From a virus, in IMG/VR virus record IMGVR_UViG_3300045747_000653, positions 8,434 to 72,433 of that record: a stretch of DNA of 64,000 bases; one strand, given 5' to 3'. Below, piece by piece: positions 8,457 to 17,469 of the stretch. A program made the position numbers and the translations under genes. Every line of letters begins with the position of its first letter. The first letter of the stretch is position 1. Below the pieces are notes generated by a model. It did not search any database and was not told the DNA's origin. It saw nothing but the letters and a program-made list of their open reading frames with translations.

Positions 8457-9983
8457 CTACGCGACCGAGACGGAGTTGCCGACCTGCGAGCGCAGCACGA
8501 TCGAGTCGGCGCGCGGGTTCATCTTGATCTTCTGGATGATCACGAAGATGCCGGCGTTCAGGCCGTTCTGCGTGTTGCCGGAGATCGGGTCGATCTTGAA
8601 GCCAGCGATCCGGCCGCTCGCCTGCATATCGGCGTAGAAGCTCTGGATCTCGGCCACGATCTGGAGGTGGTCCGCGGCGATCGTGCCGTCCGGGTTCAGC
8701 GGCAGCGGCTTGTTCTGGAACGCCTTGAGCCGGCGGGCGACCGAGAGTTCGATGAACGAGGCGAAGTGCCGCCGCTCGATGTAGCCCTCGTCGGTCCCCT
8801 TGGTCAGGGCGACCGGCCAGTAGGTCGAGCAGGACGACTTGAACTTGTAGCCGCCGAGGTCCGGGTCGTAGCTGTCGATCGCGGCGATCCCGTTCGCCTT
8901 GAGCGTGATGTAGTTCGTCCGGGTCAGCGACGGGAAGGTGAGCCCCGAGATGCCGGCCAGCATGGGCACGGTGTCCGGGTCCGCCGCCGACAACTCGGGA
9001 AGCTGCTGCGAGCGCAGCGAGGCGAGCCACGTCTCCGGGCCCGTCGTGACGGTGGTCCCGTCGTCGAGCACCGTCTGCGGGTGGTTGAAGCAGTAGATGA
9101 GGTTCTGAAGGTCCGCGAGCGCGCTCGACGTGGTGACGGCCGCCGCCACGCTGTCGGTCGACTGCCCGGCGACGATGCAGATCTGGCCGGGGAAGTTCAC
9201 GGCGTGGGTAACCATCGCCGCGTTGATCGTCGCCCGGAAGGCGTCGGGCGGGTTCGAGAAGCAGACGATCATCACGTCGGCCTGATCGCTCGTCTCGATG
9301 GCGGTCAGCGCGGCGGTGTAGTCGCTCGCGGCGACGCTGCCGTTCGCGCCCGAGGCGAGGCCCGTCGAGGAGGCGTTCGAGATGGCCGAGGCGGCGAGCC
9401 ACACGAAGTTGACGTACTTGGACGCGCCCACGCCGGCGCCGCTCGCACCGCGCAGGCCGGCGTTCAGCGCCGCCTGCGATGCGGGGGTGGCCGGCACGTT
9501 GTCGAAGACCTCCACGTCGGGCTGCACGCCCGGGGATGCCGGCGTGTAGGTGACGGTGATCAGCTTGCCGGTGGTCGTGCCGGCCGCGACGGTGACGGCG
9601 ACGTTGTTGCCCCAGGCGCCCTTCGAGTTCGCGTCGATGCGGACGGCGGCCGAGAGCGTCAGGGAGGCTCGGACAGCCGAGGCCGGGATGACCCGCTTGA
9701 TGCGGAGCGAGGTCATCTTCTTGTTCACGAGGCCGAGGTAGCCGATGAACTCCTTGTTCGCGCCGCGCCCGCCGAACTGCGCAATGATGTCGGCGCCGGA
9801 GCCGCAGTTCCCGACGAGCGGGTTGTTGTTGATGTCCTCGGGCCCGCGCTCGAACTCGCCGATGACGAGCGCGATGCCGGAGTTGATCCCGTTGACGCGC
9901 CCGGGCGGGGTCGTCTCGTCGATGTAGATGCCGTCGAGGGCGGCGAAGTCGGAAGGGTTGTTCGTGAAGATCGGCTGCGCCAT
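8457..9983 (-). CDS. Contractile tail sheath protein
   Basis: 508 aa; N-terminal GIYIDETTPPG..IGEFERGP, NSKGAWGNNVAV and C-terminal ERRHF/ADSIVL match the sheath pattern. Confidence 0.9.
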   Translation of the reverse strand: MAQPIFTNNPSDFAALDGIYIDETTPPGRVNGINSGIALVIGEFERGPEDINNNPLVGNCGSGADIIAQFGGRGANKEFIGYLGLVNKKMTSLRIKRVIPASAVRASLTLSAAVRIDANSKGAWGNNVAVTVAAGTTTGKLITVTYTPASPGVQPDVEVFDNVPATPASQAALNAGLRGASGAGVGASKYVNFVWLAASAISNASSTGLASGANGSVAASDYTAALTAIETSDQADVMIVCFSNPPDAFRATINAAMVTHAVNFPGQICIVAGQSTDSVAAAVTTSSALADLQNLIYCFNHPQTVLDDGTTVTTGPETWLASLRSQQLPELSAADPDTVPMLAGISGLTFPSLTRTNYITLKANGIAAIDSYDPDLGGYKFKSSCSTYWPVALTKGTDEGYIERRHFASFIELSVARRLKAFQNKPLPLNPDGTIAADHLQIVAEIQSFYADMQASGRIAGFKIDPISGNTQNGLNAGIFVIIQKIKMNPRADSIVLRSQVGNSVSVA

Positions 9984-10055
9984 GACGAAGCTCCGCTGGC
10001 GCGAGCCCGGCAGGGCTCACGCGGAAGTGCCCTGCTGGGCGGGGGAGGGGAGGGG

Positions 10056-10733
10056 CTACGGCAGGTTCGAGAACGGTGCCGGAACGGCCTCGCCCGGAAC
10101 CGGGATGGTTTCGGTCGGGGCGGCCGGGTTGAGCGTGAGGGCCGCTGCCGCGAGCGTCGCGGAGTCGGGGTCGTCGTCCACGATGAAGCGGGCGTCGAGG
10201 ATGACGTAGGGCGCGGTCAGGTCGGCCGAGAGGAGCGCCGTCTCCGCCTCGATCGTGAAGACGAGGCGGTAGACGCCGCGCCGCACGTCGTCCTCGGTGT
10301 CGAGCCGCTCCTTCGAGACGAGAGTGAAGCTCACGGGCTCGCCGAAGTAGCTGTCGGTCTTGATCCAGAGCCCGCCGCGGGCCGGGTCGGAGTGCAGGGC
10401 CCGGTGCATCGCCGACTCGATGATGGCGCGCTGCCCCTTGGAGGCGATCCAGAAGTCGAGGCGGAGCTTCGAGGAGAAGCGGCCGTAGCAGAGGCAGATC
10501 TTGCCGGGGAGCAGCCCGGTCGCGCCTTCGACGGGAAAGGGTGCGTACTCCTCGGCGTCCCAGGAAACCTGCTCGATCTCGGCCTCGGGATAGGCGCGCC
10601 GGAGCGTCTGCTCGGACCACTGCGTGGCGACCTGGAGGAGCCCGAGCGAGTAGGGCGCGGCGTTGCCGGCCGTCATCAGCCATGCGCCGAGGGCCTCGAC
10701 GACGGCCTGCTCGGTGTTGTTGGTGTTCGCCAT
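10056..10733 (-). CDS. Tail terminator / neck protein
   Basis: Position before the sheath; 225 aa, beta-rich. Confidence 0.55.
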   Translation of the reverse strand: MANTNNTEQAVVEALGAWLMTAGNAAPYSLGLLQVATQWSEQTLRRAYPEAEIEQVSWDAEEYAPFPVEGATGLLPGKICLCYGRFSSKLRLDFWIASKGQRAIIESAMHRALHSDPARGGLWIKTDSYFGEPVSFTLVSKERLDTEDDVRRGVYRLVFTIEAETALLSADLTAPYVILDARFIVDDDPDSATLAAAALTLNPAAPTETIPVPGEAVPAPFSNLP

Positions 10734-10736
10734 CGG

Positions 10737-11342
10737 TCACATCCCAGCCAGCGCTCGGGCTAGCTCCTCTTCGACGATGCGTCGGAGCTCCGGCTCGGCG
10801 CCGCCGGCGATGTTCTGGGCTCGGGTGCCGCGGGCCTTGATCTTCCAGGCGATGAGCCACGCGATCTCGGTCGCGGCCTTTTCGAGAGCGCCGCGGGCCG
10901 TCGCCGGCTCGCCCTTGCCCGTCGACTCCCAGGTGCCGCCCTTCTTCGTGAGCTTGATGCCGCGCGCCTTGACGGTCTTCATCTCGTCCTTGAGCCGCGG
11001 GCCGATGACCCGCATCACCCAGAGGATCAGCGGGGCGACCGGCGGCATATGCGGCCGCGAGCCGAACTCGACGATCGCCGCGTGCGGCGCGTCGTTGTGG
11101 ACGAGGTAGCCGAGGGCGTTCTTCTCGGGTGCGCTCCATGCCTGCCGCATCTGCGAGGAGACGCCGAGCGGCGTGCGCTCGATGAGTAGCTTCCGGCCTC
11201 GCTGCGCTGCGTCGTAGAGGGCGCGGTCGACCTTCTTGGTGATGTCGCCGGCGATCCCCTCCATGAGCCGGCCGAGCCCGTCGATCTTGATCGTGACGCT
11301 CGCCACGGTCAGTTCTCCGTCTTGATGACGCCGACGGACCAC
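10737..11342 (-). CDS. HK97 gp10-like tail-completion protein
   Basis: TP..S.QMRQAW and VHNDAPHAAIVEFGSRPH motifs. Confidence 0.75.
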   Translation of the reverse strand: MVRRRHQDGELTVASVTIKIDGLGRLMEGIAGDITKKVDRALYDAAQRGRKLLIERTPLGVSSQMRQAWSAPEKNALGYLVHNDAPHAAIVEFGSRPHMPPVAPLILWVMRVIGPRLKDEMKTVKARGIKLTKKGGTWESTGKGEPATARGALEKAATEIAWLIAWKIKARGTRAQNIAGGAEPELRRIVEEELARALAGM

Positions 11343-11752
11343 TTCGTGAGGTGGCGGAAGGGGCCCTCGTCGAGCGTGTAGAGTTGCTCGTTGATCTGGC
11401 CGCCGTCTGCTCCGACGACGACGAAGTACGACCGCTGGTGCGGCCCGCAGTCGGGGACCAGCGTCTTGTAGTCGGTCATCGGGTTGATGCCCGAGATCCG
11501 AAGGCGCCCGGTCAGCACGAGGCCGCCGGACAGCGCCTTCTGGGCGAAGACGGAGCCGTCGCCGGCGACCTCCGAGATGCGGGGCCGCGGTAGTAGCTCG
11601 GTGTCCTCGTCGGTCTGGTTGCCCACGAACGGAGAGCCGCCGTCCCAGGACGAGACGCGCACGAAGACCCGGTAGGGCCTCGCGCCGAGGTCGGCCGCGA
11701 GTTGCCGGGTGTCGTTGATGAGCGGAAGGAGTCCTTCGACGAGGGTCGCCAT
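11309..11752 (-). CDS. Head closure / head-tail joining protein
   Basis: Position after the adaptor; 147 aa. Confidence 0.55.
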   Translation of the reverse strand: MATLVEGLLPLINDTRQLAADLGARPYRVFVRVSSWDGGSPFVGNQTDEDTELLPRPRISEVAGDGSVFAQKALSGGLVLTGRLRISGINPMTDYKTLVPDCGPHQRSYFVVVGADGGQINEQLYTLDEGPFRHLTKWSVGVIKTEN

Positions 11753-11756
11753 CGCC

Positions 11757-12125
11757 TCACCCCACGCGCAGCGCGCCGCCGCCGGAGACGCCCAGGTAGG
11801 GGTCGCCGACCTTCTCGACGCTGAGGACGGTCCCGATCGCGCCGGCGTACAGGCTGGCCTCGCGGCGGAGGTCTTGGAGTTCCTCGCGGCCGCGGAGCTT
11901 GATGCCTTCGAGCCCGTCGGCCTTCAGCCGCCCGCGGGCCTCGGAGAGTTGAGCCTCAATCAGGGTGATCTCGGCTAGCTGTGCCCGGACGAGCGTCTGG
12001 TCGGCCGGCGATGCCGCCGCGACCGTCGCCATCGTCGAGTCGAGCCATGTGTTCGCCCACGCCGGGGTGCTCGCGTAGCCGAGCACGAAGCGCAGCTTGG
12101 CGAGTTCGTCCGACGTGAACGCCAC
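11757..12125 (-). CDS. Head-tail adaptor protein
   Basis: 122 aa helical protein (AKLRFVLGY...) two genes after the capsid gene. Confidence 0.6.
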   Translation of the reverse strand: MAFTSDELAKLRFVLGYASTPAWANTWLDSTMATVAAASPADQTLVRAQLAEITLIEAQLSEARGRLKADGLEGIKLRGREELQDLRREASLYAGAIGTVLSVEKVGDPYLGVSGGGALRVG

Positions 12126-12129
12126 GGGA

Positions 12130-12390
12130 CTACGCCGCCTTCGTCTTCGGGGCCGCGCCCTTCACCAACTGCGGGGCGAGCATCGGCAGGGCGTATGCGA
12201 GGGAGGCCGGGATCGCCACCTCGTCGCCGATCTTGACCGTGAACTTCGCGCCGTCCAACTCGAAGGTGACCTGGGGCGGAGCGTCGAGTTGCTTGCCGGT
12301 CGGCTTGGCGATGTTCCAGTCGATCTCGGGGACCTTGGCGGGGAGGTGCCACACCTCGGTTTCGAGCCCTGCGCCCTGAACGAGTGCCAT
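12130..12390 (-). CDS. Small head-associated hypothetical protein
   Basis: 86 aa with RBS, between capsid and adaptor. Confidence 0.55.
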   Translation of the reverse strand: MALVQGAGLETEVWHLPAKVPEIDWNIAKPTGKQLDAPPQVTFELDGAKFTVKIGDEVAIPASLAYALPMLAPQLVKGAAPKTKAA

Positions 12391-12462
12391 CTGAGACTCC
12401 GTGCTGTTGGGGTTGGAGGCCGGGGCCCGCGAACGAGCCCCGGCCGGTGACTACGGAAGCGA

Positions 12463-13482
12463 CTACGAGAGGTCGGAGAGCAGGCCCATGAGGTTCGGGC
12501 GCTCGCAGATCAACTGGTAGTAGCCCTTGAGGAACGCCTTGATGCTGTCGCCGGTGCGGCCGAGCGCCACGACGGCGCAGGGGAGCGATGCCGGCTCGTC
12601 GATGCTGCCCTCGGCGACCTTCTCGGCGATGGCCGGGAAGCCGGGGACGAGCGCGTCGGGCAGGTAGCTCCAGTACAGGTGCTTGGAGTTGATGAAGTAC
12701 ATCGACCCCGCCGCCATGTCCTTGTCGCGGAGGACCGGGATGCCCTCGAACTCCAGCGCCTGATAGCCGGCGTCGAGCTTGATGAGCCCCTTGTCCACGC
12801 GGAGGTTGTCCACCCAGCGGCGCTGGGAGTCGAGCAGCGCGCCGTAGGCGTCGAACTGCGCCGGGCTCGCCAGGATCACGTCGGGCGGCTCGCCGTTGAT
12901 GTAGAGCTGGCGCCGGACCGCCCGCATCAGCGCGAGGGTGAGCGGGCGCGGAGTGCCGCCGTTGGCGTTGACCACGCCCTGCCACAGCGAGGTCGTGCCC
13001 TTGTTGATGCCGGCGTAGGTGCCGGTGGCCGCCACGGCGGAGGCGAAGGACGCGATCGGCTGGACGCCGCCCGCTCCCGCGTTCTGCGTGTGGAAGTCCT
13101 TGTTCAACTGCGAGACGAGGGCGTTCGCCGCGTTGTCGATGTCGCGCCCGAAGAGGTTGCGGAGGTCGTCGGGGTTCATCGTGGACGCCGCCGCCGCCAG
13201 GGCGATGCCGCTCTGCTTCACCGCGGCGGTGTACTGGCCCCAGGCCAGCGAGGCGGGCATCCTCACGTCGGCCGCGAAGGACGAGATGTCGGCGCCCTCC
13301 ACGGCGGCTCCGGCCGTCGACTCTGCGCCGCTCGTTTCCACGGCCCAGATGGTGTTCTGTCCGAAGCCCTTGCGGATGCTGAGCAGCCGCACGGCCATCG
13401 ACTTGCGGTTGACGGTGCGGGTGACCCGGGGCTGAAACTCCTGGGTCAGCGCCGCGCTGATCGCTGCGAGATCGTTTGCCAC
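12463..13482 (-). CDS. Major capsid protein (HK97 fold)
   Basis: 339 aa after scaffold; PDVILASPAQF and FEGIPVLRDKDM are typical capsid motifs. Confidence 0.9.
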   Translation of the reverse strand: MANDLAAISAALTQEFQPRVTRTVNRKSMAVRLLSIRKGFGQNTIWAVETSGAESTAGAAVEGADISSFAADVRMPASLAWGQYTAAVKQSGIALAAAASTMNPDDLRNLFGRDIDNAANALVSQLNKDFHTQNAGAGGVQPIASFASAVAATGTYAGINKGTTSLWQGVVNANGGTPRPLTLALMRAVRRQLYINGEPPDVILASPAQFDAYGALLDSQRRWVDNLRVDKGLIKLDAGYQALEFEGIPVLRDKDMAAGSMYFINSKHLYWSYLPDALVPGFPAIAEKVAEGSIDEPASLPCAVVALGRTGDSIKAFLKGYYQLICERPNLMGLLSDLS

Positions 13483-13559
13483 TGTCGTACTCCTTTGTGT
13501 GGCACCCGCCCCGCCTCGGCCGTGGGCTCATTGGGTGCTGTGGTTGTGCTGCGCGCGGT

Positions 13560-14243
13560 CTAGCCGCTCCTGCCGAAGAGGAAATCGTTGATGGCCTGCT
13601 GGTTGGCGTTGCCGGGCTTCTGCGCCGCGACGCCGGGGGTGCGGGTGCCCGCGCCCTGCGCGCCGGACGGGGGGAGAAAGAGCTTCCCCTCGTCGGTCTT
13701 GAGGAACGTGCCGATGCCGTCGGCCAGGGCGGACTCCATGTCGCCCGTGACGAAGGTCAGGCCGGAGTCGCCGCGCCGGATGAATCCCTCGGAGCGGAGG
13801 TGGTTGAGCGCGACACGGGCCCGCTGACCGGTGACGCCGCCCGACTCCAGGGTCCGCAGGACCAACTCGTTGTCGAGCTTGATCTGGTTCTCCTGCTCCA
13901 TGCGCTGCGCCTTCGCCTCGGCGTCGAGTTGCTTCTTGGTCAGCGCCTCGACCTGCTTGCGGAGGGCGACGACCTCGGGTGCCGCCTCGTTGCCGGCCTT
14001 GCCCGACTGCTGGTCCTTCTTCGCTGCCGCCTCGGCTGCCTCGGCCTCGCGGGCGGCCTTGAAGGCTTCGAGCGCGGCCGACTTGATGTCGTCGGCGCCC
14101 GGGATCTTGAGCCGCTTGAGGTGCGACCCGATCGCCGCGTTCAACTGCTCGGCGGTGACGAACTGCGGTGCGGGCGGGGGCGTGCCTTCGGCGCCGGACG
14201 CAGGGGAGCCCTGCCCCGGAGCGGGGGTGGTTGCTTCGGCCAT
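13560..14243 (-). CDS. Capsid scaffolding protein
   Basis: Charged coiled coil (EVVALRKQVEALTKKQ) with Gly/Pro-rich tail, directly before the capsid gene. Confidence 0.75.
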   Translation of the reverse strand: MAEATTPAPGQGSPASGAEGTPPPAPQFVTAEQLNAAIGSHLKRLKIPGADDIKSAALEAFKAAREAEAAEAAAKKDQQSGKAGNEAAPEVVALRKQVEALTKKQLDAEAKAQRMEQENQIKLDNELVLRTLESGGVTGQRARVALNHLRSEGFIRRGDSGLTFVTGDMESALADGIGTFLKTDEGKLFLPPSGAQGAGTRTPGVAAQKPGNANQQAINDFLFGRSG

Positions 14244-14329
14244 GTTGTGCCTCTGGGTTCAGCGCGCGCTGGATGCGCGGCCGTTCGCCGATACGCTCGA
14301 CGTGGGCGTTCGGGCTTGCGCCCGTGGTG

Positions 14330-14533
14330 CTACTTCTTGCGGTCCAGCAACTGCCTGATCAGGTCCGCCGACACAGAGAAGCCGGCGCCGCGCATCTCGA
14401 CGCGGGGCGCCACCTCGACCTGCGGCTCTGCCTTCTTGCCCCGGAACGCCGCGCCGCAGTGCTTGCAGCGGAGGGAGCCGGGGGTGATGGGTTTGGAGCA
14501 GGAGCCGCAGAGGTGGGGGAGGGCGGCGGGCAC
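14330..14533 (-). CDS. Small zinc-ribbon protein
   Basis: CGSC...CKHC in 67 aa. Confidence 0.55.
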   Translation of the reverse strand: MPAALPHLCGSCSKPITPGSLRCKHCGAAFRGKKAEPQVEVAPRVEMRGAGFSVSADLIRQLLDRKK

Positions 14534-14544
14534 GACGGAAGAGG

Positions 14545-14895
14545 TCAGGCCGCGGAGCGCTTCGGGTGGAACTCGGCCAGCTTCGTCTCCAGGTTCTCAG
14601 TGAGCATCACCGGAACGTCGAGTCGTGCGAGTCGTTCGAAGAGTCGCCGCGCCTCCGCCGTTGCGCTGTCGCTGTCGCCAGCAAGCGCCAGCTGGTATCG
14701 CTCGAAGTCTAGCCCTGGCTCGCTGGACAGCGTGTGGCGGTAGAGCCGCCACGTCGTGCCCGGCGAGGAGAGGGTCAGGTCTTCCTGGAACCGCGGATCG
14801 TTGGCCGATTCGACGGTCATCCCACCGAGAGACGCCAGCCTCTCTGCTGCCTCTCGAACTCGTTCGCTCATGCCGACGAAGAGGTGGGTGTCCAT
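14545..14895 (-). CDS. Putative immunity protein for the MuF toxin domain
   Basis: 116 aa starting 3 nt after the MuF-toxin stop; size and position typical of CdiI-type immunity genes. Confidence 0.6.
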   Translation of the reverse strand: MDTHLFVGMSERVREAAERLASLGGMTVESANDPRFQEDLTLSSPGTTWRLYRHTLSSEPGLDFERYQLALAGDSDSATAEARRLFERLARLDVPVMLTENLETKLAEFHPKRSAA

Positions 14896-14898
14896 CGC

Positions 14899-16260
14899 CT
14901 AGATCCTGGTAGGTTTCTTCCAAAACGTCAAGTCGAAGGACTTGCCCATGATCCTGATGGCGGAGAACTCGCCCCGGATGTTGTCCCACGCACGCGCGAC
15001 GCCGGTGATCGCGTCCTCGCGCGTCAGGTCACTGGTTGGCGCACCGATCACGAGCTGATCCGCTCCCTGATTCCTCCGGTGCTTGTCCTCGATCCTGTTC
15101 TTGACGGTCTGGTGATCTGCGTCGCGCTTCTCGATGCCGGTCAACTCGACCCGATTGAGATCGACGTTGCCGCGCGGCGGATTCACAGCTGCGTCGTGAC
15201 TTCGCCGGCCGCCCGGTTCCGGCCTCAGGAAGACCTCGTTGCCCTGGTTGGCGAGTTGCTTGGCTACTTTGATCGTCTCTGGAGGAGCGCTGGCGAGTCC
15301 GCCGCCATCGCGGACCGGTACGGCGTCGCCGGGCTCCATCTTCCAGAACGGCTGCGCAGCGCCGGGCGGAGGCCTCCCATCGTGGAACTCTGGCGTCGGC
15401 ACGGCCGCCTTATCCCACACGTCCTTCCACGCCACGCACGCGCACGCGCAGTTCGGATGAACCGGCGGCGTCATCACCGTCCCGCCGCCGGGCACCTTGA
15501 ACGGCTCGCCCGTGTCGACGGTCTGGTCGTGCATCTGCCGGCACACCGGACAGGTCCGGCGCTCCGAGAGCGCCGAAGACCAGCGCCGGCGGAGCTTCGG
15601 GTCCTGCGCCGCCGCCTGATCCAGGTGGGCGTTGAAGGTGACGTTGTAGCTCGAAACTAACTCGGTCCTGACGATCCGCTCCGCGAAGTACGCCGTCGGC
15701 GGGACCATCTCCCGGCCCATCTTCACGGTGCGGAGCGGCTGGAGGTAGTCCTTGAAGATCCTGTTCCGCGTCTCGAACAGCGACTCCTGCGCCTGGAGGC
15801 TGATCGCCATGCGTTGCTGCATCCCGCGGATCAACTCGTTGCCGTAGCGGTCGACGCTCGACTTGAACTGCGGGAGGAGCAGCGTCTCGCCCTCGCGCAT
15901 CGCCACGGCGACCGAGGTCGGCAGCGGGCGGACCGTGCCGCGCCACTGCTTCTGCCCCGCCGCGACCTGCTGGGCGAGGTGCGAGCCGGCCATCCGGTTC
16001 GCGATGCCGAGGCCGTCCACAAGCTGCCCGGTCATCCGGCCGTCCATCGTCTCGATGCCGGCCTCGATCTGGAGCAGCGCGTTCCGGTAGTGCTGCGCCG
16101 TGAATCGGTCGCCGCGCCCGGTGTCCTCCAGGATCTCCAGCCGCTGGAGCAGATCGGCGCGCGTCTCCCGGTAGAGCCGCAGCACCGCGGCGACGCGCTC
16201 GGCCGTGAGGCCCTGCATCTCCTCAGACTGCCGCGCGAGAAGCTCCTCGACGGTGAGCAC
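14899..16260 (-). CDS. MuF (gpF/SPP1 gp7) minor head protein with C-terminal toxin-like extension
   Basis: RIVRTEL...TCPVC...PPVHPNCAC MuF motif followed by ~130 aa resembling CdiA-CT tRNase-type PD-(D/E)xK domains. Confidence 0.8.
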   Translation of the reverse strand: MLTVEELLARQSEEMQGLTAERVAAVLRLYRETRADLLQRLEILEDTGRGDRFTAQHYRNALLQIEAGIETMDGRMTGQLVDGLGIANRMAGSHLAQQVAAGQKQWRGTVRPLPTSVAVAMREGETLLLPQFKSSVDRYGNELIRGMQQRMAISLQAQESLFETRNRIFKDYLQPLRTVKMGREMVPPTAYFAERIVRTELVSSYNVTFNAHLDQAAAQDPKLRRRWSSALSERRTCPVCRQMHDQTVDTGEPFKVPGGGTVMTPPVHPNCACACVAWKDVWDKAAVPTPEFHDGRPPPGAAQPFWKMEPGDAVPVRDGGGLASAPPETIKVAKQLANQGNEVFLRPEPGGRRSHDAAVNPPRGNVDLNRVELTGIEKRDADHQTVKNRIEDKHRRNQGADQLVIGAPTSDLTREDAITGVARAWDNIRGEFSAIRIMGKSFDLTFWKKPTRI

Positions 16261-16269
16261 GGGGACCGC

Positions 16270-17451
16270 CTACGAGAACAGGAGGGGGAGCTGCTCCCGT
16301 TGGTCGGGTGGGAGGAACGGCTCGACCGTGGAAGTGGACGCCACCGCGGCCCGCTGGCGAGCTACGAACTCGGCGTCCTCCCGGGCGCGGCGCGCCTTTG
16401 CGTCTTCCGCCGCCTGCGCGGCCGCCGCCTTCGCGTGCGCTGCCGCGGTCTTCTCCTCGGCCACCCTGCGGCGGAGGCGCTGGTACTCGTCGAAGGCGGC
16501 CGACACGGCTTGGTGCTCCGGGCTGCGGGGCTCCTTGAGCGCGAGGTTGGTCGAGTCAGCGACGAGCCAGACCGCATCGGGCCGACCGATCGACTTCGAT
16601 CGGAAGTGATCCATGTGGCCGCGGCCCGTTCGCCTGCCGTCCGGCGTGATGAGAACGGTCTGCCTGTCCACGGGACAGCAGCCGCCATAGAAGCGCGCCA
16701 CGACCGCATACGCCTCGTCCGTGGTCTTCTTCGTGGGGGGATCGGGCGGCTTCGCCTCGTCGTCGTGCTGGCGGAGTTGCTCCTTCAGCGCGTCCATCTC
16801 CGCCCGCAACTGCGCGGCGACGGCATCCACGTCGGACTTGTCGGCCTTCTGCTCCAGCACCCCGTCGAGGTATTCGGTCGTCGGCATCAGACGCAGCCTC
16901 GCGGCGATCACGTCCCGGAGATCGTCCGCCCTCTTTTGCCTGCCGAGGATCTGCTGATTGCTCTCGATCAGTTCGGCGAAGATGTCGCGCTGCTCGCGGG
17001 CTTCCTTTGCGGCCTCGGCCGTAACGAGCGCCACCGGAGAGCCGCGGAATCCTGCATCCAGGATCTTCGCGCCCATCCGCTGCAGGCGACCCATCGCCTC
17101 GCGCAGGCCGGGGTCGGAGATCGCGCTCGCGTCAAGCGTCTCCGCCCAGACGGCCACCAGCTCGGCAGGCAGGCACGCCATCCGGTAGCTCTTGCCGTCA
17201 GCACCAGTTGTGCGGCACTGCCGCACGACTGAATTACCCAAATCATCACGCGCCCATGCGGCCGTCTTGATCCTCTCAAGCTGCGCCGACACGCCCAGAC
17301 CAAACCGCTCACTGAGGCGCTTGATGACCACGCCGATCCAGCCATCGGGCTCTCGGACGGTCTGGAAGTCCGCTCCGTCGACCTGGACGGTGACGAGCGA
17401 AGCGCCGCCTGTCGCGCCCGCCAGGGCCGCGTTCGTGTTCTGGTTTGGCAT
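16270..17451 (-). CDS. P22 antirepressor N-terminal domain protein with HNH-like C-terminus
   Basis: N-terminus (VVIKRLSERFGL..SAQLERIK...GADGKSYRMACLP..V..W) fits P22_AR_N; C-terminus has GCCPV...MDHFRS. Confidence 0.65.
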   Translation of the reverse strand: MPNQNTNAALAGATGGASLVTVQVDGADFQTVREPDGWIGVVIKRLSERFGLGVSAQLERIKTAAWARDDLGNSVVRQCRTTGADGKSYRMACLPAELVAVWAETLDASAISDPGLREAMGRLQRMGAKILDAGFRGSPVALVTAEAAKEAREQRDIFAELIESNQQILGRQKRADDLRDVIAARLRLMPTTEYLDGVLEQKADKSDVDAVAAQLRAEMDALKEQLRQHDDEAKPPDPPTKKTTDEAYAVVARFYGGCCPVDRQTVLITPDGRRTGRGHMDHFRSKSIGRPDAVWLVADSTNLALKEPRSPEHQAVSAAFDEYQRLRRRVAEEKTAAAHAKAAAAQAAEDAKARRAREDAEFVARQRAAVASTSTVEPFLPPDQREQLPLLFS

Positions 17452-17469
17452 GGAGTTTTCCCGTCCGAA

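Noticed and set aside
7558-11139. 1193-aa minus-strand ORF
   Set aside because: Off-frame overlay on sheath, tube and neck genes; only its last 112 codons (from ATG 7896) form a credible gene
12418-12445. Terminator after the capsid gene
   Set aside because: A 9-bp GC stem is present but there is no U-tract on the coding strand; at most an mRNA-stabilising hairpin
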